NCBI GenBank assembly: GCA_040770465.1
Contig: JAXGJB010000001.1
Location: 1-64,000 of the forward strand
DNA: 64,000 nucleotides
Direction: 5' to 3'
Origin: Methanothrix sp.
Lineage (GTDB): Archaea; Halobacteriota; Methanosarcinia; Methanotrichales; Methanotrichaceae
Position numbers and translations under genes: made by a program. Below, in pieces: positions 1 through 9,527 of this stretch. A model generated the notes under the pieces. It saw only the letters and a program-made list of their open reading frames with translations. It was not told the origin of the DNA and did not search any database. Each line of letters begins with the position of its first letter. Position 1 is the first letter of the stretch.

Positions 1-283
1 AATAGCTTTTTAGTAATTGCCTACGTCCAGTTGGAGATCTTCGAACTTCAGCAAGCAAATCGCCGTAATTGGGTTTCTTGTCATATTTATTTATGTACCA
101 AGTCTCAGGATCTGGGTCACATTCTTCGTTCATTATGTGTGCCAATTTTTGTATAAGATCTTCGGTAATTCCCCAAGCAGTTTTTATTCCAGACGCTTGA
201 GATATCCCCGAACCAAGAAGTAGCGCATAGAGCCCTTCATTAGAGTGGACCGAAATTGCCAGCGATAGCATAGGATCTATCAT
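1..283 (-). CDS. SIR2-like (SIR2_2-type) domain protein, N-terminal part; runs off the window start
   Basis: Manual minus-strand translation from ATG 283 (alternative ATG 310) is open to base 1: MIDPMLSLAISVHSNEGLYALLLGSGISQASGIKTAWGITEDLIQKLAH...DPETWY...PNYGDLL. The LLLGSGIS..SGI motif is typical of SIR2-like NADase domains. AT-rich. Absent from the ORF track because there is no stop in the window. Confidence 0.75.
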   Translation of the reverse strand, partial: MIDPMLSLAISVHSNEGLYALLLGSGISQASGIKTAWGITEDLIQKLAHIMNEECDPDPETWYINKYDKKPNYGDLLAEVRRSPTGRRQLLKSY

Positions 284-453
284 GTATGTCACTTTGCATA
301 CACCACTCATAAATTAATCGGTATCTCTACCAAATCAATCTTTAACTCGACCGCAACACATAGTTCGTTGCTGTTTGGTGAAATGTTCGAGACACATATA
401 TTTTTACCATAAAAAGACCCAGTAACTAGATACGAATTCTTCGAGACGATCCC

Positions 454-3147
454 ATGACCGACCCCTGGCACAGCCTGACCGCCGACGAGACCCTTGAGAA
501 GCTGAAGTCCGGCAAGGAGGGGCTATCCTCCGAAGAGGCCGAGCGGAGGCTTTCGCAGTTTGGGCCAAACCAGCTCGAAGAGATCTACAAGCCCTCCAAG
601 GCCCGGATATTCCTCCGCCAGTTCGAGAACTACCTGATCATAGTCCTCCTCGCAGCCTCCGCCATCTCCTGGATCGCGGGGGAGACGACCAACGCCTACG
701 TCATAGTGGGGATCATCTTCTTCATATCCCTCATCGGCTTCGTCCAGGAGTACAAGGCGGAGCGGGCAATGGAGGCGCTCCAGGAGATGGTGGCGCCCGA
801 GGCGAACGTCCTTCGGGCCGGGGGGAGGATGAGCCGGATCCCCGTCCGGGATCTTGTGCCCGGGGATGTCGTCTATCTTGAGGCCGGAGACAAGGTCCCC
901 GCCGACTGTCGGGTGATCGAGGAGACGTCGCTTCAGGTCGTCGAGTCGTCTCTGACCGGCGAGTCGGTCCCCGAGAAGAAGGGGGTGGAGGCCGTGGCCG
1001 AGGAGACGCCGCTCGCCGACCGGACGAACATGGTCTACATGGGGACGATCGTCGTCTACGGCAACTGCAGGGCGGCGGTGACGGCGACGGGCACGGACAC
1101 CGAATTGGGGCGGATATCGGGGCTCGTCCAGAAACGGCCCGAGGACCCGCCGATAAAAATCAAGTTCCAACAGCTGGCAAAACAGCTCGCTCTGGTGGTC
1201 CTGGCCGCCTGCGCCATCATCTTCGCCGTCGAGGTCTACCGGGGCTCTCCGGTGCTGGAGACCCTGATCATCGCCGCCGCCCTGGCCGTCGCCGGAATTC
1301 CCGAGTCGCTCCCCTTCGTCACCACCATCACCCTCGCCTACGGAACCCAGATCATGGCGAAGAAGAACGCCATCATCCGCCGCCTTCCCGCCGTCGAGAC
1401 TTTGGGCTCGACGACGGTGATCTGCACCGACAAGACCGGCACCTTGACCCGGGGCGAGATGATGGTGAGGAGGATCTGGACGACCCGGGACGTGGAGGTG
1501 ACCGGGTCCGGCTACGACCCCGCCGGCTCCTTCATCCTGGACGGAAAAGAGGTGGACCCGAAAGAGGACAGACACCTCACAGCCCTCCTGGTCGCAGGAG
1601 CCCTCTGCAACAACTCGAAGCTCGAAGAGGGGCCGGAGGGAGGCCACCGGGTGATCGGCGACCCCACCGAGGGCGCCCTCATCGTCGCCGCCTCGAAGGG
1701 GGGACGCCTCGGACTGGTCATGGACGAGGTCGAGGGCTGGTACGTCTCCGAGGTGGTGGAGTTTCCCTTCGACTCGGAGATGAGGAGGATGACGACGGTC
1801 CATGAATCTCCAGAGGGGCTGACCGTCTCGATGAAAGGGGCGCCCGAGACAGTCCTCAACTTCTGCTCACGAATCATGCGGGACGGAACCGAGGAGCCGA
1901 TAACATCCGAGGACCGCCTTCAGGCCCTGGCCGCAGCCGACGATATGGCGGGGCGCGGCCTCCGGGTCCTGGCCCTGGCATGGAAAGAGACGGAGGCGGG
2001 AGCAAGCCTCGAACGGGACGGGGTGGAGTCCGGCCTGACATTTCTGGGGCTCGTCGGGATGATGGACCCTCCACGGGAGGAGGCGAAAGAGGCGATCAAG
2101 GTCTGCAAGGCCGCCGGGATCAGGCCCGTGATGATCACCGGCGATCACAAGCTCACCGCCTCGGCGGTCGGAAGAGAGCTCGGCATCCTCGCCGAGGGTG
2201 GCCGGGTCCTGGAGGGGACGGAGCTGGAGAATATGTCCAGCGAGGAGCTTTCTGCCGTAATCGAGGAGGTCTCGATCTTCGCTCGGACGACGGCCGAGCA
2301 CAAGGTCAGGATCGTCGAAGCCCTCCGCAATAAGGGGCACGTCGTCGCCATGACCGGCGACGGGGTCAACGACGCTCCGGCCCTCCGGACCGCCGACATC
2401 GGGGTCGCCATGGGAAAGACCGGGACGGAGGTCTCAAAAGAGGCCTCGGACATGGTCATCGCCGACGACAACTTCGCAACGATCGTCTCGGCCGTCGAGG
2501 AGGGGAGGCGGATCTACGCCAACATCAGAAAAGCTTCGTCGTACCTGTTATCCTGCAACTTCGCCGAGGTTATGACGATCTTCATCGGGGTGATGCTGGG
2601 CCTGCCCGTGCCGCTCCTCGCCCTCCAGATCCTCTGGATCAACATAGTCACCGACGAGTTTCCGGCCATCGGCCTTGCCGTCGAGCCCGCTCACTCCGAC
2701 CTGATGAAGAGAAAGCCCCGAAACCCCGCCGAGCCGATCCTGACCAGGGGCCTCTTCATCTACACCCTCGGCATATCGGCAGTGATCTTCGTCGGGACCC
2801 TCGGCCTCTACGCCCTCTCCCTGGAAGAAGGCGTTCCGATCGAAGGGGCCAGGACGACGGTCTTTGCGGCTCTTGTGATCTTCGAGATCTACAACGCCTA
2901 CAACAGCCGCTCTCTCCGAGACTCCGTCTTCACGATGGACCCGAGGACGAACAAGAAGCTGATCGCGGGGCTTGCCGCATCAACGGCAGGCCTTCTGGCG
3001 GCGATATACCTACCCTTCATGCAGAAGCTCTTTGATACCTCCCCTCTAGGCGCCGAGAGCTGGGCTGCCATAGTCCTCGCGGCATCGGTGGTGGTGGTGG
3101 TGGCTGAGATCTTCAAACGCCGGGAGCTTCCCGAGAGGAGGGCGTAA
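454..3147 (+). CDS. Cation-transporting P-type ATPase (P2A, Ca2+-type)
   Basis: LTGES, ICTDKTGTLT, KGAPE, MITGD and TGDGVND motifs; ~10 TM segments; LQILWINIVTD helix. Confidence 0.95.
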   Translation: MTDPWHSLTADETLEKLKSGKEGLSSEEAERRLSQFGPNQLEEIYKPSKARIFLRQFENYLIIVLLAASAISWIAGETTNAYVIVGIIFFISLIGFVQEYKAERAMEALQEMVAPEANVLRAGGRMSRIPVRDLVPGDVVYLEAGDKVPADCRVIEETSLQVVESSLTGESVPEKKGVEAVAEETPLADRTNMVYMGTIVVYGNCRAAVTATGTDTELGRISGLVQKRPEDPPIKIKFQQLAKQLALVVLAACAIIFAVEVYRGSPVLETLIIAAALAVAGIPESLPFVTTITLAYGTQIMAKKNAIIRRLPAVETLGSTTVICTDKTGTLTRGEMMVRRIWTTRDVEVTGSGYDPAGSFILDGKEVDPKEDRHLTALLVAGALCNNSKLEEGPEGGHRVIGDPTEGALIVAASKGGRLGLVMDEVEGWYVSEVVEFPFDSEMRRMTTVHESPEGLTVSMKGAPETVLNFCSRIMRDGTEEPITSEDRLQALAAADDMAGRGLRVLALAWKETEAGASLERDGVESGLTFLGLVGMMDPPREEAKEAIKVCKAAGIRPVMITGDHKLTASAVGRELGILAEGGRVLEGTELENMSSEELSAVIEEVSIFARTTAEHKVRIVEALRNKGHVVAMTGDGVNDAPALRTADIGVAMGKTGTEVSKEASDMVIADDNFATIVSAVEEGRRIYANIRKASSYLLSCNFAEVMTIFIGVMLGLPVPLLALQILWINIVTDEFPAIGLAVEPAHSDLMKRKPRNPAEPILTRGLFIYTLGISAVIFVGTLGLYALSLEEGVPIEGARTTVFAALVIFEIYNAYNSRSLRDSVFTMDPRTNKKLIAGLAASTAGLLAAIYLPFMQKLFDTSPLGAESWAAIVLAASVVVVVAEIFKRRELPERRA

Positions 3148-3559
3148 AAAGGTAGAAACGGGCCTCGCCGAAGTTGACGAGAGTTCGTGAATATCCAGGA
3201 ATTGAAGCGACCTCGTCTGCGAGAGGCCTCACGATCACGTCGGCCCCGATATCGAGGGCGATTCGTCCCATGGCGATCTGCATCTCCAGAGGCGGCCTTA
3301 TCGAGTAAAGCAGAGTTGCGCCCTGGTAAAGATCCATTTTCGGGGAGAATATGTCGTCCTCGATTACGGCAAGGCCGCCGACGGTCCGGGCCTCTCGATC
3401 GGTGGCCACGACCGTCATGTTGGGAGAGAGGAGGAGGGCGATCTCGGGTACCCTTCCTACCCCCACCTCAACGACCTTTCCCGAGTACCGGGAGAGGATG
3501 AACCGGGCGAGGTCCGGCCCGCCCCTGATCGATTGGACTATCATCTGATCCGACGACAA
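3113..3559 (-). CDS. UPF0146 family protein
   Basis: KVVEVGVG, DDIFSP and LYSIRPPLEMQ motifs typical of this archaeal family; exact start uncertain. Confidence 0.8.
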   Translation of the reverse strand: MSSDQMIVQSIRGGPDLARFILSRYSGKVVEVGVGRVPEIALLLSPNMTVVATDREARTVGGLAVIEDDIFSPKMDLYQGATLLYSIRPPLEMQIAMGRIALDIGADVIVRPLADEVASIPGYSRTLVNFGEARFYLFTPSSREAPGV

Positions 3560-3618
3560 ATGCGAATAACGAAGACCGCAACGGCGACTAATACGACCTC
3601 AACCGCAGCCTTGCGGTC

Positions 3619-4398
3619 CTAAAGCCCCAGCTTCTCCAGGGCCAGAGCCGCCGCCTTCTCTCCGGAGAGGAGCATCCCGCCGAAGATCGGCCCCATCCGA
3701 TGCCCGCCGGCGACGGCCGCCGCCGCCATCCCCGCGGCTATGAGGCCCGGATAGACCTCCTGGGTCACCTCGACGACGGTCTTCTCTCCGACGTCGGCCC
3801 ACATCGGCTTCTCTCCGACGACCCCGAGGGACCCCACCTTGGCACCGGGGATCTTCCTCTGGACAACCTCGCAGATGTCGGCGTCGTGGCCGGTCCCGTC
3901 GATGACGACCTTCGCCCTGATCGATAGGGGGTCGACGTGAAGCCTCGTCCTCTCCACAGCCTCCCAGTTGATGACGAGACCCGCGATCTTCTCGTCCTCC
4001 CGGATCATGACGTCCTCCACGGTGACGAGGTTTATGATCTCGGCTCCGGCTTCGATCACCCCCGCCGTCAGCTTCGCCACCGTCTCGATGGAGCTTGCGA
4101 TGTAGTAGCCTTCGGCGTACTCCCGGTACCAGACCCCGAACTCGTCGAGTATCCTGCACCCCTCCTTCTGGACGACGATCCTCGGGAACATCATCCCGCC
4201 GCCCCAGATCCCGCCGCCGACGGAGAGGTTCTTCTCGAAGACCACCGTCTTGGCGCCGGCCTCGGCGAGCTTCTTTGCCGCCACCAGGTTTGCGGGGCCC
4301 GCCCCCACCAGGGCCACGTCCACGTCGGTGTACTTGAGGAACGACTCCATGTAGGATTCGACTATCGCCTTTGTGATCGTAACTTCGTCAAGAGCCAT
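3619..4398 (-). CDS. thi4: Sulfide-dependent thiazole synthase Thi4
   Basis: MALDEVTITKAIVES start (ATG 4398), VGAGPANL, GGGIWGGGMMF, HVDPL (His rather than Cys), RMGPIFGGMLLSG. Confidence 0.93.
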   Translation of the reverse strand: MALDEVTITKAIVESYMESFLKYTDVDVALVGAGPANLVAAKKLAEAGAKTVVFEKNLSVGGGIWGGGMMFPRIVVQKEGCRILDEFGVWYREYAEGYYIASSIETVAKLTAGVIEAGAEIINLVTVEDVMIREDEKIAGLVINWEAVERTRLHVDPLSIRAKVVIDGTGHDADICEVVQRKIPGAKVGSLGVVGEKPMWADVGEKTVVEVTQEVYPGLIAAGMAAAAVAGGHRMGPIFGGMLLSGEKAAALALEKLGL

Positions 4399-4578
4399 GG
4401 GAAGGGCGTTGGCCCGATTCCTGATAAAGATATCCATTTTGGAAATTCTTATCTACCATCTTGCCGTCCTCCTCTCCCGCGGAGATTTCAGAGGGGCACG
4501 GGCTCAGATGCCGGCGAATGCTGGCTGGCTCATTTTGTTGGGGCCCGCGAGCCCCTCGCTCCGGCGGTGGTGGACGGG

Positions 4579-5637
4579 ATGAGGAGTGAGACGAAGGAGG
4601 CATTTCGGTCCGGGGAGCAGGCTTACTCGTCCGACGGCGAGGAGTTTGCAAACCCCCAGATCCTGGTGGTGGGATGCGGAGATGCCGGCTGCAAAATGGT
4701 GACGAGGCTTGCGAACCTTGAGGTCGACGGCGCCGAGACCCTGGCCGTCAACACCGACCGCCGCATGATGGAGAGGATCAGGGCCGACAGAAAGATGCTG
4801 ATAGGGAGGGGCTTCGTCGAGGGGGATGGAGCTGGAGGCGACCCCAAGATCGGGAGGATCGCCGCCGGGAGGTCCAGGCGGGCCCTCGAAGACGCCCTGG
4901 GAAATAGAGACCTCGTCTTCGTCGCCGCCGGCTTTGGGGGCGGGACGGGGACTGGCGCGGCCCCCGTTATATGCGAGATGGCAAAGGGTCTCGGCTCGAC
5001 GGTGGTCGGGATATTCACCATCCCCCCGGGAGCGGACCTTCGGCGAGGAGAAGGTGGGGATGGTGGAGGTGGGGATGGAGGTGGTGGAGTAGAGCCAGAG
5101 AGCCCTATAGAGATTGAAGAGCTGGCAAAAACCGCAAACACCCTCATTCTTCTGGATAACAGCAGAATTCTTGAGATGGCGCCGGGCCTCTCAGCTGATC
5201 AGGTATTCTCGGTGATGGACCAGGTGGTGGCCGAGATCATCAGGGGGATCGTCGAGACGATAACAGAGACGTCCCTTATCAACCTCGACTTCGCCGACGT
5301 GAAGACGATCATGTCCAGCGGCGGCCTCTCCGCAGTCCTGGTGGGCGAGTCCGATTCAAAGGACGAGGCCGGGAAGATCGTCTTTTCGGCTCTGAAGTTC
5401 CCGATGCTGAACGTCGATACGAAAGCGGCCACCGGATGCCTCCTCCACATAACGGGGGGCTCTGACCTCACCCTCAAGAAGGCGGCGACGATCGCCGCCG
5501 CCCTGACTGGAGAGCTGGATCCGGAGGCGAACGTCATCTGGGGGGCGAGGGTGAAGGAGGGGCACGAAGGAAAGATCGGCCTTCTGGCTATAATGACAGG
5601 GGTGGGATTCCCGCAGGTGGTCGGCGGCCGATCGTAG
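4579..5637 (+). CDS. ftsZ: Cell division protein FtsZ, divergent paralog
   Basis: AVNTD, GAGGDP, AGFGGGTGTGAAP tubulin signature, INLDFADVK T7 loop, VIWGA. Start set at ATG 4579; the longer ORF-track extension overlaps thi4 on the opposite strand. Confidence 0.88.
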   Translation: MRSETKEAFRSGEQAYSSDGEEFANPQILVVGCGDAGCKMVTRLANLEVDGAETLAVNTDRRMMERIRADRKMLIGRGFVEGDGAGGDPKIGRIAAGRSRRALEDALGNRDLVFVAAGFGGGTGTGAAPVICEMAKGLGSTVVGIFTIPPGADLRRGEGGDGGGGDGGGGVEPESPIEIEELAKTANTLILLDNSRILEMAPGLSADQVFSVMDQVVAEIIRGIVETITETSLINLDFADVKTIMSSGGLSAVLVGESDSKDEAGKIVFSALKFPMLNVDTKAATGCLLHITGGSDLTLKKAATIAAALTGELDPEANVIWGARVKEGHEGKIGLLAIMTGVGFPQVVGGRS

Positions 5638-5750
5638 TGCTGGCACCTGATGTATAGTCCCGAAACCTTTGACTTTATATACTCAACAATCCCCTATAAG
5701 CTCAATTGTTATAGCGCTGAGGCCCAAAATGACCATGCTTCTGAGAATCT

Positions 5751-7664
5751 TCACACCTCCCGAAACCTCATCTTCAGCTCGTAGACCCCTTCCTCCCTCC
5801 TCTTCTCGATGTCGAAGCCCATCTTCTCGAAGAGGCTTCTCATCGGTCTGTTGGTTGAAAGGACCTCGGCGGAGAAGCCGAGGAGCCCCTGCCTCTTCGC
5901 GAGGTAGGTGAGGCGGTGGAGAAGCTCGGTGCCCACGCCCTTTCCCTGGTAGTCGTCCCTCACCACCAATGCGACTTCGGCGGTGTGCATGTCCCGGTTG
6001 AGGCTGTACTGGCCGACGCCGACGACCGTCTCCTTCTCCGGCTCGTCTTCACCCTCGACGACGGCGAGGATCACCATGTCCCGCGAATAGTCGACGGCGA
6101 CGAGATCCTGCCTCATCTCGTGGGGGACGTTCTTTCTCGTCGAGATGAACCGGGTGTAGAGGCTCTCGTCGGAGAGGGAGTAGAAGAAGTCCTTGATCAG
6201 GGGCTCGTCGCTGATCTTGATGGGGCGGAGGAGGATCTCCTGGCCCGCGCCTGCGCGGGTGGTTCGGTGGATCGCAAGGCTCTCGGGGTACTCGCCGCCC
6301 TTTCCGGGGACGTAGGCCTGATCCAGGTAGATCAGCTTCAGCCTCTTCGCCTCCTCGATCAGCCAGGGGCGGAAGTCGGGGTGGGCGATTGATATCAGGT
6401 CCATCGCCCTCTCCCGGATGTTCTTTCCCTGGAGGTAGGCGATCCCCCGCTCGGTGACGACGTACTGGACGTCGCCCCTCGTCAGGGTGACCCCCGATCC
6501 GGGGAGGAGGGCGGGGACGATCCGCGAGACGGTTCCGCCGAGGGCCGTCGATGGGAGGGCGAGGATCGACTTTCCGCCCGGCGCAAGGAGCGAGCCCCTC
6601 ATGAAGTCCGCCTGCCCCCCGATCCCGCTGTAGAAGGTGCTGCCGAGGGACTCGGCCGTCGCCTGGCCGGTCAGGTCGATCTCCATGGCGCTGTTGATGG
6701 CGGTCATCCTCTTGATCTGGGATATGGTCAGGGGGTTATTCGTATAGTCGATCGTCTTGAACTCCACCGAGGGGTTGTCGTGGAGGTACTCGTAGGTCTC
6801 CGCCCGCCCCATGCAGAAGGCGGCGACGGTCTTTCCCCGGTCGATCGTCTTCTGGCTGTTGTCGACGACTCCAGACTTCATCAGCTCCACGATCCCGTCG
6901 GTGAGAAGCTCGGTGTGGATTCCCAGGTGCTTTTTCTTGGTGAGGTGGGATAAGAGGGCGTTGGGGGCGTAGCCGTACCCCACCTGGATCGTCGACCCGT
7001 CCTCGATGATCCGGGCGACGTAGGCCGCGATCCTCTTGGCGGTGTCGCTGATCACCTCCGGCCTGTACTCGAGAAGCGGCTCGTCGTGAGGGACGAGATA
7101 GTCCACCTCCTCGACGTTGATGAACCCGTCCCCGTGAATCCTCGGCATGGACCGGTTGACCTGGGCGATGACCAGGGGCGCCATCTCCACCGCGGCCTTG
7201 ACGATGTCGACCGAGACCCCCAGGCTCATGTACCCGTGATTGTCTGGGGGCGAAGTCTGGACCAGGGCGACGTCGATGGGGGTGATCTCTCTTCGGAACA
7301 AATCGGGGACCTGGGAGAGGAATATGGGGGTGTAGTCGGCCGCGCCCCGGTTGACGGCGTCTCTCGTGCTGTCGCCGACGAAGAAGGAGTCGAGCCTGAA
7401 GTTATCCGCCAGCTTCTCATCGGCGTAGGGGGCGATCCCCAGGCTCCAGACGTGGATCACCTCCGCCTCGAAGAAGGCCTTGGGGTTATTTTTGACGTAC
7501 TCGACGAGGGAGCTGAGAAGAAACTGGGGCTCGCCGCACCCGGTGCCTATGAATATCCGGTCTCCCGGGTGAATGTTCCTGAATATGGCGGCGAGGGAGG
7601 CGAACTTCTCGGGCCAGATCTCCCTCTCCCGCACATAATCTTGATCGGAAATCATCGGATTCAT
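5751..7664 (-). CDS. Acetyl-CoA hydrolase/CoA-transferase fused to a C-terminal GNAT domain
   Basis: IFIGTGCGEP, HLGIHTELLTDG, SGIGGQADFMRG, YVVTERG; C-terminal VRDDYQGKGVGT acetyl-CoA-binding motif. Confidence 0.9.
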   Translation of the reverse strand: MNPMISDQDYVREREIWPEKFASLAAIFRNIHPGDRIFIGTGCGEPQFLLSSLVEYVKNNPKAFFEAEVIHVWSLGIAPYADEKLADNFRLDSFFVGDSTRDAVNRGAADYTPIFLSQVPDLFRREITPIDVALVQTSPPDNHGYMSLGVSVDIVKAAVEMAPLVIAQVNRSMPRIHGDGFINVEEVDYLVPHDEPLLEYRPEVISDTAKRIAAYVARIIEDGSTIQVGYGYAPNALLSHLTKKKHLGIHTELLTDGIVELMKSGVVDNSQKTIDRGKTVAAFCMGRAETYEYLHDNPSVEFKTIDYTNNPLTISQIKRMTAINSAMEIDLTGQATAESLGSTFYSGIGGQADFMRGSLLAPGGKSILALPSTALGGTVSRIVPALLPGSGVTLTRGDVQYVVTERGIAYLQGKNIRERAMDLISIAHPDFRPWLIEEAKRLKLIYLDQAYVPGKGGEYPESLAIHRTTRAGAGQEILLRPIKISDEPLIKDFFYSLSDESLYTRFISTRKNVPHEMRQDLVAVDYSRDMVILAVVEGEDEPEKETVVGVGQYSLNRDMHTAEVALVVRDDYQGKGVGTELLHRLTYLAKRQGLLGFSAEVLSTNRPMRSLFEKMGFDIEKRREEGVYELKMRFREV

Positions 7665-7697
7665 CTAACGGACCTCATATTCCTTCAGCAGACTTTC

Positions 7698-7770
7698 TCG
7701 ATCCCGTCAATCGATCCCGTCAATCGATCCCATCAATCGATCCCATCAATCGATCCCATCAATCGATTCC
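7698..7770. repeat. Tandem repeat, 13-bp unit TCGATCCCRTCAA x5 plus a partial copy
   Basis: Units start at 7698, 7711, 7724, 7737 and 7750 with no spacers; intergenic. Confidence 0.95.
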
Positions 7771-7836
7771 CTTCCCCACCTCAATCCCCACAATCGATAC
7801 CATCGGAACTCCGCCGATCTCGAAGAGCCCGGCATG

Positions 7837-9498
7837 TCATGTCGAAGGACGTCTCCGCCTCAGACGGGACCTCCGTCCATAACGGCGGCTGAACTTCTCC
7901 AGCCCCTCGAAGCTTCCCAAAATCGCGAGGCGGTCCCCCCTCCTCAGTACCGTCTCGGGTCCGATGGCGAGGAGCCCCCCCCCGTCCCTCTCGATGGCCA
8001 CCACGGTGCAGCCGAGCTTCTCCGGAAGGTTCAGCTCCCCGAGGCTCCTGCCGTCGAGCCGCGACCTCCACCCGACCCGGAAACGAGTCATCTCCAGCTC
8101 CTCGTAGATCATGGTGAACTCCTCCTCCTGCTTCTGGGCGATCCTGGCGAGCATGGAGCTTGCAACGATGGGGACGGAGGCGACGTAGTCTGCGCCGGCC
8201 CGGTAGATCTTCTCCGCCGAGCTGAGGTGGTTTGCCCTCGCCACGATGAAGGCGTCGCCGTTGAGGTTTCTTGCGAGGAGGGTGGCGAAGACGACGTCGG
8301 AGTCGTCGTTCAGCATTATCAGAACCCCAACCGCCTCCTTCACCCCCGACTCCACCAGCACCTCTTCGGAGGTCCCGTCCCCGACGACGTGTCTGAAACA
8401 GGCATCGCAGAGCTCCCTTTTATCCACCACCGAGGGGGAGACGCCTCTATCTCCGAGGACCGATACGATCCGACGCCCGACGTCGCCGTAGCCGATCACG
8501 ATCAACGGCCCCTCTCGGGGAGGCCCCATGGTCAGATCCCTCAGCCGGTCCAAGGCCTCCCTCTCCCCCACCGCCATCAGCACCGAATGGGAGCTTATCA
8601 CCTCGTCCTTGGGGATCGAGACGAACCTGCCCCTCTGCCACATCCCCACCACCCTCGCCCCCGTCTCCAAAAGGTCCGGGTCGTGGACCTCCTTTCCCGC
8701 GAGGGAGCTGCCCGGATAGATGGGAAGCGGAACCATGGAGCTTCCGAAGAGCTTGAACGCACCCGGAAAGACCCCCTTTCGCGGGGGGGACGTGATCTGG
8801 GCGACGAAGGTTCCGAGGAGGGACTTGGGCGATATCACCCTCGCGGCTCCCGCGTAGCTGAGAAACCTCGCCTTGGCCAGGTCCTCGGCGAGGGCCACCA
8901 CCTCGACCTCGGAGATCTCCCGAGCCGTCAACGATATGTCGGCATTCCTCTCGTCCCTCTCGTTGGCGATGAGGAGCTTTGCGGACCGGACGTTGGAGCT
9001 TAAGAGGACATCTCTCTCGGCGGAATCGCCCCATACGACCTGATACTTCTTGCTGATCTTTCGGGCCGTCTCCTCCGACCTCTCGATCACCAGAAAGGGG
9101 ACCTTCTGTCTTCTGAAGTTCTCCGCCAGGGCCTCGACGATGGGGTTGTAGCCGCAGACTATGATGTGGTCTCTCATATTCGTGGGGGCTTTTGTTGGGG
9201 GATCGCGGTTCAGATTTTCAAGCCACGGTGTGACGATCAGGGGCAGGGCCACCGCGAATAGCATGAATATCCCGGAGAGGCCGACGATGGCGCTGAAGAC
9301 CCTTCCCGGAAGGCTCTCGAAGACAACGTCTCCGTACCCCACGGTCGTCATGGTGGTGACCACCCAGTAGACGGCGGTCACAGGATCCGTGTTATCGAGC
9401 TGCCCCTCGCGGCTCATCAGCTCCAGGAAGATCACGCCGTAGAGGGCGACCAGGAAGATCGTCGCCACGACGTAACATAGGACTCTGCGCAAAGCCAT
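7837..9498 (-). CDS. Potassium channel with two TrkA-N/TrkA-C (RCK) modules
   Basis: TMTTVGYGD selectivity filter between two TM helices; IVCGYN and VIGYGDVG Rossmann motifs. Confidence 0.92.
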   Translation of the reverse strand: MALRRVLCYVVATIFLVALYGVIFLELMSREGQLDNTDPVTAVYWVVTTMTTVGYGDVVFESLPGRVFSAIVGLSGIFMLFAVALPLIVTPWLENLNRDPPTKAPTNMRDHIIVCGYNPIVEALAENFRRQKVPFLVIERSEETARKISKKYQVVWGDSAERDVLLSSNVRSAKLLIANERDERNADISLTAREISEVEVVALAEDLAKARFLSYAGAARVISPKSLLGTFVAQITSPPRKGVFPGAFKLFGSSMVPLPIYPGSSLAGKEVHDPDLLETGARVVGMWQRGRFVSIPKDEVISSHSVLMAVGEREALDRLRDLTMGPPREGPLIVIGYGDVGRRIVSVLGDRGVSPSVVDKRELCDACFRHVVGDGTSEEVLVESGVKEAVGVLIMLNDDSDVVFATLLARNLNGDAFIVARANHLSSAEKIYRAGADYVASVPIVASSMLARIAQKQEEEFTMIYEELEMTRFRVGWRSRLDGRSLGELNLPEKLGCTVVAIERDGGGLLAIGPETVLRRGDRLAILGSFEGLEKFSRRYGRRSRLRRRRPST

Positions 9499-9527
9499 TA
9501 CCCCCTTACCCGTTTGATCGAGATACG

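Noticed and set aside
4400-4578. TPP riboswitch upstream of thi4
   Set aside because: The minus strand has a CTGAG but lacks the CCTGA..GG.TAAT.CC.GCG.AGG core.
3937-4578. N-terminal extensions in the ORF track (FtsZ from 3937, HisA-like from 13781, RlmJ-like from 10704, SerA from 15610, S13 from 54006)
   Set aside because: They overlap opposite-strand genes or intergenic repeats, and family-typical N-termini begin at downstream starts.
7698-7770. Mini-CRISPR
   Set aside because: The 13-bp units are contiguous with no spacers.
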